From Schmidtea nova (taxonomy: Eukaryota): a stretch of DNA of 64,000 nucleotides. The notes beneath the pieces were generated by a model. That model had not been told where the DNA came from and searched no databases. It saw only the letters and a program-made list of their open reading frames with translations. A program made the position numbers and the translations under genes. The DNA lies in contig CM097883.1 of assembly GCA_044892505.1 (NCBI GenBank), positions 392,274,001 to 392,338,000 of the forward strand, given 5' to 3'. Shown here piece by piece: positions 1-11,318 of the stretch (its first letter is position 1; each line of letters begins with the position of its first letter).

Positions 1-329
1 ATTTTAGTTAGCGAAAATGTTAATTAATTTTGCAGTTTCGTGAATTTAAATTTTAGCCTATTTAAAATCTACACATTTTTTTTACTAAAACGCCGAGTGA
101 AATGCTGGTATTTACTGTCAATGACATCCCAATCTTGTCAATTTGTCTCAAATCATGATAGATATCTTACTGCAATTTTGGTTCATAATTAACCATATCC
201 GAATGGACTCCAAACGAGTGAAACACTAGCAATAAGTCATTATACATATATTTATAAATGCATTATGTTTGACTGATTCGATGATCACATATTCTATATA
301 GTGTTTGCATTTGTATAAACTTCGTAATC

Positions 330-830
330 ACTAATAACAATATCATGAACAACAACACTAATAATAAAAATTAATAATGATATTCATACTAATGCTTTTA
401 ATGATGATAATATGTTAATAATAATGACAATAGTACCAATAATAACAAACACAACAATTACTATCCCCACTATTATCATCATAATAATAATACATTATAG
501 TGATAATTTTATATTGTCATAAATAATTAATTTCCACAATACNNNNNNNNNNNNNNNNNNNNNNNNNNNNNNNNNNNNNNNNNNNNNNNNNNNNNNNNNN
601 NNNNNNNNNNNNNNNNNNNNNNNNNNNNNNNNNNNNNNNNNNNNNNNNNNNNNNNNNNNNNNNNNNNNNNTAATAATAATAGTAACATCAATAATAATGT
701 TACCACTAATTATAACAATAATAATACTAATTATAATTTAATAAATAATAATAATATTAATACTACTAATAATAATAGTAAATAATAATGACCATCACTG
801 CGACAGTAATGCAATAATAATAAATGATAT
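330..830. repeat. AAT-rich low-complexity/microsatellite tract containing an assembly gap (N 543-670)
   Basis: Degenerate (AAT)n runs on both sides of an N-run. Confidence 0.9.
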
Positions 831-1222
831 TTGTTTCAGCCAAAGTTTGCTTGTTTGCAAACGTTGGCTATTTCTTTGTGCGAGTTTGTGTGCGCATATT
901 TTCTTCCATTTGGCTATCTGCTCGCGTCTGTGTGCGCGTTTTTTCTCACCTTTATTGTCGTGTGCGTGTTATTTGTAATTAATATCATTATCAGCGTCTG
1001 TGTGCGCATTTTTAGTTTTGGTGCAGGTCTAATTGATTTGGATTATTTTGGAATTGTTTTAATAATCCAATTGGTAATTGGATTATTTTGGATTTTTTTG
1101 AATTGTTTAATTTTAATTTGAGATTTGGTTTTTTAGAAATTAATTAGGTGTTTTAATAATCAAATGGAAAGTGATATGCGAAATTTTAAAATCGAAAAGT
1201 ATTCGAGTTTTAGAATTAAAAA

Positions 1223-1828
1223 ATGTCGGTGTTGTCAAAATATTCCAAATTGAATTCCAAAGAGTCGTTTCTACTATTCTGTTTGATGATAAGAATATCT
1301 TTGAGCATTTACGAAGCAGGTTTAGATGGTAGGATTGTCCGATCTATTGTTCAAAGAGATGTTCAAAAGGTTTCGATTCAATTACTGAAATTTCTATTGA
1401 TTGCTCTTCCTGCTACGTTTGTCAATAGTTTTATTAGATTTCTAGAAAAGACATTATCGATTTGCTTCAGAACTAGGCTTGTGGAATATTCTTATGAACT
1501 TTATTTCAAGCATCAAACTTATTTTCGCGTGGAAAACATTGATTATCGAATTAAAAGGGTTGACCAAAGTCTCACAAAAGATTTCTCAGTATTTTCATCA
1601 TCATTAGCTCATTTATATTCTCAATTAACGAAACCGTTTCTGGATCTCTGCTTAATGTCATTTTCATTGTATGAACTTGCTCGAAATTGTGGAACTAGTG
1701 GAAGAATTCCATGTATTGTTGCTTCGGGAGTTGTTATTTCAACTGGAGAATTACTGCGATTTGACGATTGTCCCGAAAATCCTCTCGAAAGTCCATTTGA
1801 ATGTTGTTTATTTAGTTACGGAAAATAA
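1223..1828 (+). pseudogene. Truncated peroxisomal ABC transporter (ABCD1/ABCD2-like) N-terminal transmembrane fragment
   Basis: LDGRIVRSIVQRD, LLIALPATFVNSFIRFLE, FRTRLVEYSYELYF, DQSLTKD and HLYSQLTKPFLD match the ABCD transmembrane region. Similarity stops after GELLR (~1760), and no ATPase-domain exons are visible downstream. Confidence 0.8.
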
Positions 1829-2230
1829 TAAAAATTATTATTTGGCCTTTCATGTTCGAATCAGATATTAATAATAATTATAATTATGACACCACCAATA
1901 ATAATTATAATTCATCATAGTGACAATTTAATATTGATAGTGATAATCAATAATTATAACAATAATACTTTTAGTTAATATTAACAATGTTAATACTGAT
2001 AACGATATAAATAACAATAAGATGATAATATTAGTGCTCTCATAATGTATGAGGTTCATTTTTATAATATTAATAATTTTTTACATTATTTATATTTTAC
2101 ATTATTTATTTTTTTTTGATTTATTTAATTTATTTTGGGATGGGACGCCAAATCACAATGATTCAAAATACAATTTTATTAATCACTTAAAATATATATA
2201 TATGCATATGTTTTTTGTCCAATTTTAATC

Positions 2231-3658
2231 CTATTTTTCCAACTTCAATCTGTAACGAATAAACGTTTTTTCACGCCGATAAATAATCCCATTTACCGTT
2301 ATGGTTTCATTAGCTTCTATTTGTGAATATTTTCTTTTTCTATTTTCAAGGTGGAGGATCAGTCCATTTTCATATGATATTATAACTCTTGCGATTGACA
2401 AACCGGTAATTACCTCAACGTTTTCTTCAATTGCCTCGAGATTATTTTCAGTTGCCAACTTTAATTTCAATTTCCAATTTTCTAAATCAATTTCCATATC
2501 CTCTGTCAAATCGATTTGCTCTGCCATTTTCTCAATTCCTTCGGAAAGGACAACGGTTTTCGTAATCGCCGTGCTCGTCGTTGGCATTGCGTTTTTGGCA
2601 TGAGCTCTTCAATATTCCTCCAATGAATACTTCTTTGATGGGGTTGCTTTGGGAACTTCGATATCATCAATCCATGAATTTTCAATTTTTAGATATATTT
2701 TCCGAATGTTTTTGACATCCTCCAGGGCTGAATGGATGCGCACTTGCATTTCTTCGACCACAGTTTTTAGTTTGAAGAATTCACCTTTTCTCGATATTCC
2801 TTGCAATTGAAGTGCCTTTGCCGTGGATAAATCCCGAATGCCATATAATTGATTTGTCCAAATTTTCAAATACTGCAATTCCGCATGCAAATCATGGCCA
2901 ACCAATATTTTTCCAACAGTTAAATTCTGGATTTGTTTCATTTCCAAATATTGGTCGCATTGGTTCCTACTAGCAATTTCCGTGATGCCATGTATTCGTG
3001 ATTGGAAGTGTTGCATTTTTCCTCTTGGCGTGAGGTATATATTTTTAATTATTTTCCCGAAATAATTCATGATGGCGATTGACAATGGCACCATTTGTCC
3101 ACTTTCTAATGTGCCGTATTCTGCGTCAATAAACAATATTTTGCTTCTTATTTCTTCTTGGTTTAATTCTTTTCTTATAAAAGACAATCTTCTCTTCATC
3201 ATATATTCTGTTATTGGCAGTAATGTTGGAGCTGATGGCAATTCTGAATCAGCTTGCGGAACTTCTTTGCTGTTTCTGAATCTTGTTTCCAGTGCGATTA
3301 GTGCGTCTTCATTCGCCGATCTAAGCTGCTTTTTTAATGATTCCTCTCGCATTCTCCACGATGAACCTTTGTGCATTTCCCACCATATCTGCTGATTTTC
3401 ATTTATCATTTCAACTTTTCCTTTGAACACATGTAACGTGAATTCCTCTTCATTTCCTACTTTGCTATCTTCCATCAGCTTTGCTCCTCCCTTTCTACTT
3501 ACTCTCAGGATTCTTGTTTTCATTCTTCTGTCGTCAATTCTTAAATAAGTGGTATTTTTGTATTGTCATTGATTTGAAATGGGCCTTGTCCCATGTAGTT
3601 TCGATACAGTTTGAGGTACGCATCATAAATATTTGGGATCCATTGAATCTGTTCCATC
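2231..3658 (-). CDS. DEDDh 3'-5' exonuclease (REX4/ISG20-like) ORF with C-terminal extension; probably one ~470-codon ORF broken by a frameshift (~3550) and a TGA (2609-2611)
   Basis: ExoI FIDAEY, ExoII VGHDLHAEL and ExoIII IHSALED in ORF 2609-3523. ORF 2231-2587 is in the same frame, 7 codons after the stop. An upstream frame reads MEQIQWIPNIYDAYLKLY from ~3658. Confidence 0.75.
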
Positions 3659-4133
3659 ACTGAAATATTTTTAATTTTAAATTTTGTTTAATTTTAAAAT
3701 TTGACGTTATCGCCAAGATGGAGTACTTTGAGTATACCATCCTGGCTGATACAGGTATAAATAATAAATATTTAATAAAATTAATTACCTATTTAATTTT
3801 CTATTTAATTTTAATTTATTAATTTAGGGATTCCCTTATATTCCTAATATTATTTTTGTTCAACCAATCAAATCCGTTTCCGATCGAAAGCGCAAATTTT
3901 ACAATAAATTACATAAATATGGATAAAAGAAAGTTCATACTATTACAATACTAATATTATATTATAATTGCATGCAAAATTAAATTTCTCACTATACAAA
4001 CGTTTCCTCGTAGACAATCCACGGTCTTGATGTTCTGTTGACGTAATGCATGATTGTTTATTCTTTGAAAGCAAATCAGTAGTGAGAGAAGAATAACAAT
4101 GAGAAATGGTGTTGCACTAATAACAATAGTTGA

Positions 4134-5170
4134 TCAAATGATACGTGTTTTTGCATTGGCATTCGATGAAGATGATACGTTTTTTAGAATTGTCACATCA
4201 TAGATATGAGAAGGAATGATTGTCGTTTGAAATTTTTTTGTCATATTTTTATATAGATAATTGTTTTTTGAATCATCAATATCAGTAATGTTATAGGAAA
4301 CTCTAACAAGTTTGTTTTCGACAAGAGTGATCTGCCATTGTTTGGAATGAGAAGTAAATCGATAATATTTGATTTTCATCATAACAAATTTTGAATTCAA
4401 TATAGATCTTAATCTTTAAAAATTTAAAATTTGATGTGAAATGTTGCTTGTTAATATTGCTTGAATTTTTCCGCAATAATGAATTTCGACTTTTTTATTA
4501 GCTTCCGCTTGTCGGAATGCGTTTAATTTCTGATTTTTATATTCAAAGATGACTCGATTTGTTTCATCCTCCAATGCCACCGATTGTTGAGTGGAATAAA
4601 TCTTGAACCATTGATTATCAATTTCAGTACCATTTTCCCGTAATGCCTTTTCGTAATAATGAATGACGAGATTATATTTTTTAAGCAATTCTAAATTAAC
4701 ATAATGTACATAAGGTTTCTTGAGATTTAGCGTATCGATCATGTACTTTTCGAAAATAATTTTCACTTGTTGGGATTCCTGGGGTTCCCAATATACGTTG
4801 ATACCTTTTAAAATTGGTTCTATTGTACTCTACTATTTAATTTTTTTGTCCAAAATTCAATTTCAAATTGATGTTGTATTTTTGTATTATTTTCCTGATA
4901 TTGCTGTTGGGTTATTAACCAGGGATATTTGTAATTCATTGTTAACTCATGCGCAACGTACATATTGTTGTAAAAATTCAACTTTATTGGTGGATCAAAA
5001 TAATTTAATAAATAATTTATTTTTATTTCGTCTCTTGGTTCACAATGATAGACCCATACCATTTGGGTACATATTGCATATATATCAATTTTTTCTAAAA
5101 GTGGAACTCTTTTTATTGCATACATTGGAAAGATTCTAGTTGAAATTGTTCCCAAAACATTTATTATCAT
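4134..5170 (-). CDS. Fragmented accessory ORF(s) of unknown function directly 3' of the Gypsy pol
   Basis: Three consecutive same-strand ORFs (4820-5170, 4416-4766, 4134-4400) start 5 nt after the pol stop; no domain recognised. Confidence 0.45.
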
Positions 5171-5175
5171 TACTG

Positions 5176-7962
5176 TTATTTATTATTATTACTGATATAT
5201 CCCAATGATGCGGAGTTTTTGGAACCCCTTTGTTTGCTGATCATTTCATCTTGCGACTTTTTCTTTTTTGATCTTAGTTGATATTTATTGTCATCCATAA
5301 CTGGCACTTTTTTGCATCTATTAGCATGAATGATAATTGTTCCGGCCTTTTTATTATTTTGTGACCGTAGTTTTAAATTAGTTTCAGTTGTATCACATAC
5401 AAGATATGGTCCTTTAAATGATCTTTGTAGTTTCGGTGATAAACCCTTAGCTGGCTCTGGTTTGTTTACATAAACCAAATCTCCTATTTCAATACCAGGA
5501 ATTCTTGACAAGGCATCTGCATTTGCATTAGATATTGTGCGATATTTAATTTTAAAATCATATTCCTGTAGAGCGATTGACCATCTGATCAGCTTACTGG
5601 CTGAATCTATGCTTCATGAGCCATTGTAGTGGATTATGATCTGTATATACAATAAATTTCCTACCTATTAGATATTGTCTGAACGTGGTTATTCCATAAA
5701 CTAGTGCTAACGTCTCCTTTTCAATGGTAGAATAATTCTTTTCAATGTTCTACTAGCATAGGCAATAACGTGATCTTTCTCGCCGTCAACCTTTTGTCCT
5801 AGTACGTCGCCTAATGCAAAATTACTTACGTCCGTCATTAAGATGAAAGGTATTTTAAAATTTGGGCATCTCAAAATCGGCTTTCTAATTAGACTTTCTT
5901 TGAGCAAATCAAATGCTTCTTGCTGAGCTTTTGTCCATTTAAATTGAGCTTGTTTCTTTAATAGCGTATTCAAAGGTTGTGCCACATGTGAAAAACTTTT
6001 AACTAGCTAATCCAAGAAATTGTCGAACTTGATCTGCATCTTTAGGAATGGGATAATTTTTAATTTTCTCTACATTTTCTGGGTTTGGTTGTAATCCATT
6101 GCGTGAAATAATATGACCAACATAAATTACTTTTGATTTCCCCCATTCACATTTTGAGGGTTTTATTTTCAAATTTGCCTCTAATAATCGCTTGAATACT
6201 GTTTCTACATCCTTTAGGTCTTCCTGAAAACTACTTGAAAAAATTATTATGTCATCAATATCAACTAATGCATGTGGAATGTCACGCAAGACAAAATTCA
6301 TACCTCTTTGGAACGTGGCTGGCGCTCCTGTTAAGCCGAATGGTAATACATTAAATTCATACAAACCTTTGCCGTCTGAAAATGCTGTTTTTCTTCTATC
6401 TTCTTTTACTTTAAACTGATTATATCCTTTATTTAGATAAATTACTATGAAGAATTTCACTTCTCCCATTTGATCAAACATTTCTTGTGGAACTGGAATT
6501 AAATAAGTATCTTTTCTCGTAACTTGATTTAATTTTCGGTAGTCAACACAAAATCTTAAATCACCGTCTTTCTTTTTGACAACAACTATTGATGATGAGA
6601 ATGGTGATGAACTATCTCGTATTATTTTTAATTCTTTCATTGCTTTGATTTGTCGATCGCTTTCTTCTTGATGTATATATGGAATTCTATACGGTCTTAA
6701 TTTAATAGGTGTTTCATCGAGGAGTGGTATCTCGTGTTCTATCACTTGAGTAAGTCCCAAATCATATTCATGCCTAGCAAACACTTTGTCGTATCTTCTC
6801 AGTAACGCCGTGAATTCTCGTTTTTGTACCTTGGTTAGATCGTTGCTAATAACTTGTAGTTTTTTATAGATTTTAATGTTCCGTGGTAACTTGATACTTT
6901 TCTGTTCTAAATTTTGTTAACCTTCCCAGCTTGGTTTTGAGTTTTATTTGAATGGCTTTTGAGCTATGATTTGCTATTTGTACTGGCATTGTTTGATCCT
7001 TGATTTTTACTATCTCATCACACATTGGTAAATCATATTTTTCTACTAGCTTCTGCTTTAGCTCAAATATACATTCGTCATCTGATGCATCTGTTACCTT
7101 AGCATAACATATTACTTCGCTTCTCGCTGGCAATTCCACTGCTTGATTTAAAAAGACTTCTTTGTTTTTAATTTTACTGGGCTGTTCTTTTATTAATTTT
7201 CCTGTAGTTAAATCAAGAGCAATTCCTTGTAATTGTCGCATAACATCCATACCAACTAAACATATTACGGGACTTTTTCTTATCTCGGTTACATTATGCG
7301 TTATTTCTTTATCACCGATAATTAATTTAGCTTCTAGTTTACCAAATACATTTAAACAGTTCTGTGACATTGATTTGATCTTTTTACCCGTTGGTTTCAT
7401 ATTTAATCTGTCTTTACGCGTTAACATTTTGTCTGACACTATTGTGTGACTTGAACCTGAATCCAACAAGGCTTCAACCGCTCTTTTATTAAACTGTATA
7501 TTTATTCGAGTTTGTTTGGCTTCTCCTCCCCTGTTCATCAGCACATAACTACATGGTAGTCCAAGCATGTTTTTCGTTCAATTTCCGCACTTGTTGGCTC
7601 AATATTTTCTAATTCAAATTTGATATGATCTACCGGTTTCATTTCCTTTAATTTTTCACTTGGATATACATTGCTGTTGGCACGAATGTTGGTGTATACC
7701 ATTTTGTTAGAGTATCAATTCCACTCGGCTTTGGTATTGGTTCAAGTAAAAATGTTGATTCTGGCTTTATTTCGCTTCCAACTTTTCTTTTTTGAAAATA
7801 TTTCGGTTCATTTTTATTTTTGTCATTACCGTCATTCTTGTTATTATTTCTGTCACCAAATTCACATAAGGATTCCTCGCTCTTTTGATGGCTTTTCAAT
7901 TGTGCTTTCACACTTGCCATTTCTTTATATTGATAGTAGGGATAGTGAGGACTCAAGGCCAA
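5176..7962 (-). mobile_element. Degenerate Ty3/Gypsy LTR retrotransposon: gag remnant, aspartic protease, RT, RNase H, integrase C-terminal GPY/F module only
   Basis: Protease LLDSGS (6873-7568). RT with RFCVDYRKLN, PFGLTGAPATFQR and LVDIDD (5999-6784). RNase H with TDVSNFALG, DHNPL and NADALSR. Integrase tail SPKLQRSFKGPY (5176-5511). Frameshifts and stops are present; no LTR pair was found. Confidence 0.92.
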
Positions 7963-8549
7963 GCCATTTATCCCTAAATTGTATATATTATGTAATAATT
8001 ATACAGTTTACCCCATCTCCCACCCGCCCTTAAAATTGTGTAATACCTTTTTATTATTTTGTAATCGTTACGTAATTATTACAAAACTTTATATAGAACT
8101 TGAAATTCTTACATAATTCAATAATTGTTATGCAATTGATGACGTTATGCTGTAATTTATTAATTTTTATTTATTTTTCATAATTTTTACAAAAAATATA
8201 AAATAAATTAATTTTTTAAAAATTTTTTCCAAAACTTTCAAAAATGCTCAGATTTAAATAATTTTTATACCAATCTACTGGGAATTCGATGGCGAACAAA
8301 AAAGGGTCAAAAAGTAAAAACATGAAAAATTGGTCTTCTCCGGTAAATTTATTGTGAAAAAACCTTACTTGGTTAAAACTGGTTAAAGTTCAAGAACTTT
8401 TACATATAAATAATCAGAATTTAACGCTCAACAATAAAAAGTGATATTAACTAGAAAAACAACAAAAAACAAAGTATTTAAAAAAAATAAATAAATAAAA
8501 CTTTATTTAAATAAATCTTATCATCTTCAGGCAAATTGTTCATCAACAG

Positions 8550-9080
8550 CATCTTCACGCACGCCCATGATTCACGCCCACATCAATTCCCTTATAATGT
8601 CCATAAGCCAGACTAACATTTTTTCCCACCCAAAGTCTTTTGTCGTCAAGATTAGTCAAGGCAATCTTAGAAGATTTATTAGTAGAGTTGATGATTCTTA
8701 CTAACTATTCTCGACTGATCAACAGAAACTATTGAATTATTATTTTAACAATCCAGATACGACTGATGATTCAGTTTAGTATCCTTCAATGTTATACCCT
8801 TAGCCTTAATGCACTCTTCATTACCTAAAAGACTATAACACTTTGACCTAAGGAATACCCACTCATCATACTTGAATCCATTATTCTCGTCTTTGAATTT
8901 ACCAATGACGGAATCTAGGTTCCTAATATATAATTGGTGATTCGGATCATAATTAGAAGTGTCAAGTAAGTTATCTCTTATCATGGCCGGTAAAAGAATA
9001 TCAAGCTTACAATTTCTAATCTCAAGAAAAAATGAATCGGTGTCACCAGCAACGATGTTAATTTCGCAGTTGAATTCGTT
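8550..9080 (-). pseudogene. Protein-primed family B DNA polymerase, C-terminal remnant
   Basis: AGDTDSFF (motif C), LDTSNY, IGKFKDE, FLRSKCYS, KAKGI, then frameshifted KIALTNLDDKR..AYGHY. The N-terminal bulk is missing. Confidence 0.88.
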
Positions 9081-9146
9081 ACGATATAAAAAACAATAAA
9101 AAACACAATTTTTAAAATAAATCTTTATTTAAATAAATCTTTAGAA

Positions 9147-9528
9147 TTAATTTGTATTGTAAAGGCCATCATAGTATGCCTTTCTCATTTCAGCAGCCAA
9201 GATATGCACAGATTGTTGTCTTTTAAAATCGTGGCAACAAGCACATCCATTGGTGCATGAAACACGCATTGATTCCTTACAAACAATGCAATTTTCAACG
9301 CCCTTGACTCCAGCTCCAAGCACCATATCATAATGCATTTCAAGCAACTCCTCGATATTTATCCCTCTGTATTGGTAAATTTTATGTACCAACAACTCGG
9401 GGGCTCAATAATCGAGATTAGTTTTAATCTTTGGATATAAATCTTGGATCTTTTTGAAAAGTACTTCGAGCAAATAAACTAAAAGAATAAATTAATATAA
9501 AAATAAAAATACTCTTACTTTTAGACAT
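9147..9528 (-). CDS. Small Cys-rich Polinton ORF with a predicted 40-nt intron (9479-9518) and a frameshift
   Basis: ATG TCT AAA A|GTAAGA..TTTTAG|TT TAT TTG gives MSKIYLLEVLFKKIQDLYPK. After a frameshift the frame reads SRLLSPELLVH...CIVCKESMRVSCTNGCACCH. Confidence 0.5.
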
Positions 9529-9578
9529 TTTCAAATTTTCACAATCAATGAGTAACAATTAATACAAACAAAATTTAT

Positions 9579-10013
9579 TTAATTAATTAATGTATTTATT
9601 TCATTAATTATATTTTCCACATAATTTTTAAAATCCAATGTTTTAATTCCAAGCATAACTACTTTTCCGCTGCCAAAGACATTGACACATACTGGATCAA
9701 ATTTCTGTAGACGTAATGCTGGAAATATTTCTGGTTCGAACCAACAACGACATTTCTTTTGTATATCGTATAAATTAATAAAATTGCTGACATCGACCGT
9801 CACGGTAATTGATTGAATCTCTAAATTTTTAATCTTGAACTTCAAATCCCCCGGCTTTAGCGGTTGTTTGCATCCCATTACCCGACACTTGCCAGATTTG
9901 AAGAAGATGATGGGGTACTTGCCGCTTCTGTCAACAACTTGTTTCGGTTTGCCACTCGGGAATATCATGCCGGGAACTAAACATTTACTTTTATAATTGA
10001 TGTTGCTCAACAT
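9579..10013 (-). CDS. TATA-binding-protein-like protein, 144 aa (copy 1)
   Basis: Second TBP repeat IQSITVTVDV..FEPEIFPAL..VNVFGSGKVVMLGIK; first repeat IIFFKSGKCRVMGCK. Confidence 0.88.
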   Translation of the reverse strand: MLSNINYKSKCLVPGMIFPSGKPKQVVDRSGKYPIIFFKSGKCRVMGCKQPLKPGDLKFKIKNLEIQSITVTVDVSNFINLYDIQKKCRCWFEPEIFPALRLQKFDPVCVNVFGSGKVVMLGIKTLDFKNYVENIINEINTLIN

Positions 10014-10214
10014 TTTTGATTAATTAAACAAATATAAACAAAATTAATTAATTAATTAAAATGGAATTAAGAAATGATGCCGTATATCAAATAGTAGGAC
10101 CCAGCGGGAGTGGGAAAACCTTGTTTGTATGTAAATTATTACAATCAAAAATGTTTAAATCGCAATTCAAATTTTCACAATCAATGAGTAACAATTAATA
10201 CAAACAAAATTTAT

Positions 10215-10649
10215 TTAATTAATTAATGTATTTATTTCATTAATTATATTTTCCACATAATTTTTAAAATCCAATGTTTTAATTCCAAGCATAACTACTT
10301 TTCCGCTGCCAAAGACATTGACACATACTGGATCAAATTTCTGTAGACGTAATGCTGGAAATATTTCTGGTTCGAACCAACAACGACATTTCTTTTGTAT
10401 ATCGTATAAATTAATAAAATTGCTGACATCGACCGTCACGGTAATTGATTGAATCTCTAAATTTTTAATCTTGAACTTCAAATCCCCCGGCTTTAGCGGT
10501 TGTTTGCATCCCATTACCCGACACTTGCCAGATTTGAAGAAGATGATGGGGTACTTGCCGCTTCTGTCAACAACTTGTTTCGGTTTGCCACTCGGGAATA
10601 TCATGCCGGGAACTAAACATTTACCTTTATAATTGATGTTGCTCAACAT
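10215..10649 (-). CDS. TATA-binding-protein-like protein, 144 aa (copy 2)
   Basis: Identical to copy 1 except S9G. Confidence 0.88.
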   Translation of the reverse strand: MLSNINYKGKCLVPGMIFPSGKPKQVVDRSGKYPIIFFKSGKCRVMGCKQPLKPGDLKFKIKNLEIQSITVTVDVSNFINLYDIQKKCRCWFEPEIFPALRLQKFDPVCVNVFGSGKVVMLGIKTLDFKNYVENIINEINTLIN

Positions 10650-10696
10650 TTTTGATTAATTAAACAAATATAAACAAAATTAATTAATTAATTAAA

Positions 10697-11318
10697 ATGG
10701 AATTAAGAAATGATGCCGTATATCAAATAGTAGGACCCAGCGGGAGTGGGAAAACCTTGTTTGTATGTAAATTATTACAATCAAAAATGTTTAAATCGCA
10801 ATTCAATAAAATTTATTGGCATCGTGTGCTGATGAAGAACATGGATTGAATCAAGATCAGTTTTGTAAATTAAAAATGACTAATATAAAAGGTTTTGATA
10901 AAATTGGTCATCTAGATTAAAACAAGGTGATGTTAAAATTATCGATGACTTGTATCAGGAAGCCAATAAAGAAAAAGATTTCAACAATTTATTTACAAAA
11001 ATTAGTAGACACTTGGGTGTTACAGTTAATTTCATTGCTCAAAATTTATTCCATCAAGGTGGTAGTCATAGAACCCGGAATTTAAATGTACAATATTTGG
11101 TTATATTCAAAAACCCCCGAGATGCAACAATTATTGATTTTCTTGCAAGACAAGCATACCATAATGATAGAAAATTTTTACTTGATTCATTTCAAGATGC
11201 AACTAAAATTCCTCATGGATATCTGTTTTTCAACTTTACACAACAATGTGTTGATGATTTACGTATAAGAACTGATCTTTTCAATGAAAAAGGTATAACA
11301 GTTTATAAACGAAATTGA
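10697..11318 (+). pseudogene. A32/FtsK-like DNA packaging ATPase (frameshifted)
   Basis: MELRNDAVYQIVGPSGSGKT (Walker A), IIDD (Walker B), SRHLGVTV, QNLF, FKNPRD and HGYLF. Two frameshifts lie between ~10820 and 10910. Confidence 0.9.

Larger units (their letters stand above)
9530..10806. repeat. 636-bp near-perfect tandem duplication (9530-10165 / 10166-10801) covering the TBP-like gene and the ATPase 5' end
   Basis: Constant 636-nt offset, TTCAA junction microhomology, one substitution seen in the ORF. Confidence 0.95.

Noticed and set aside
2140-2152. Minus-strand TGGCGTCCC resembling a tRNA-Asn primer-binding site
   Set aside because: Only 9 nt, no adjacent LTR CA end, and on the wrong side of the Gypsy ORFs
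7985-8300. Possible Polinton terminal inverted repeat (C-rich CCCCATCTCCCACCCGCCC)
   Set aside because: No partner repeat or AG-type terminus found in the window
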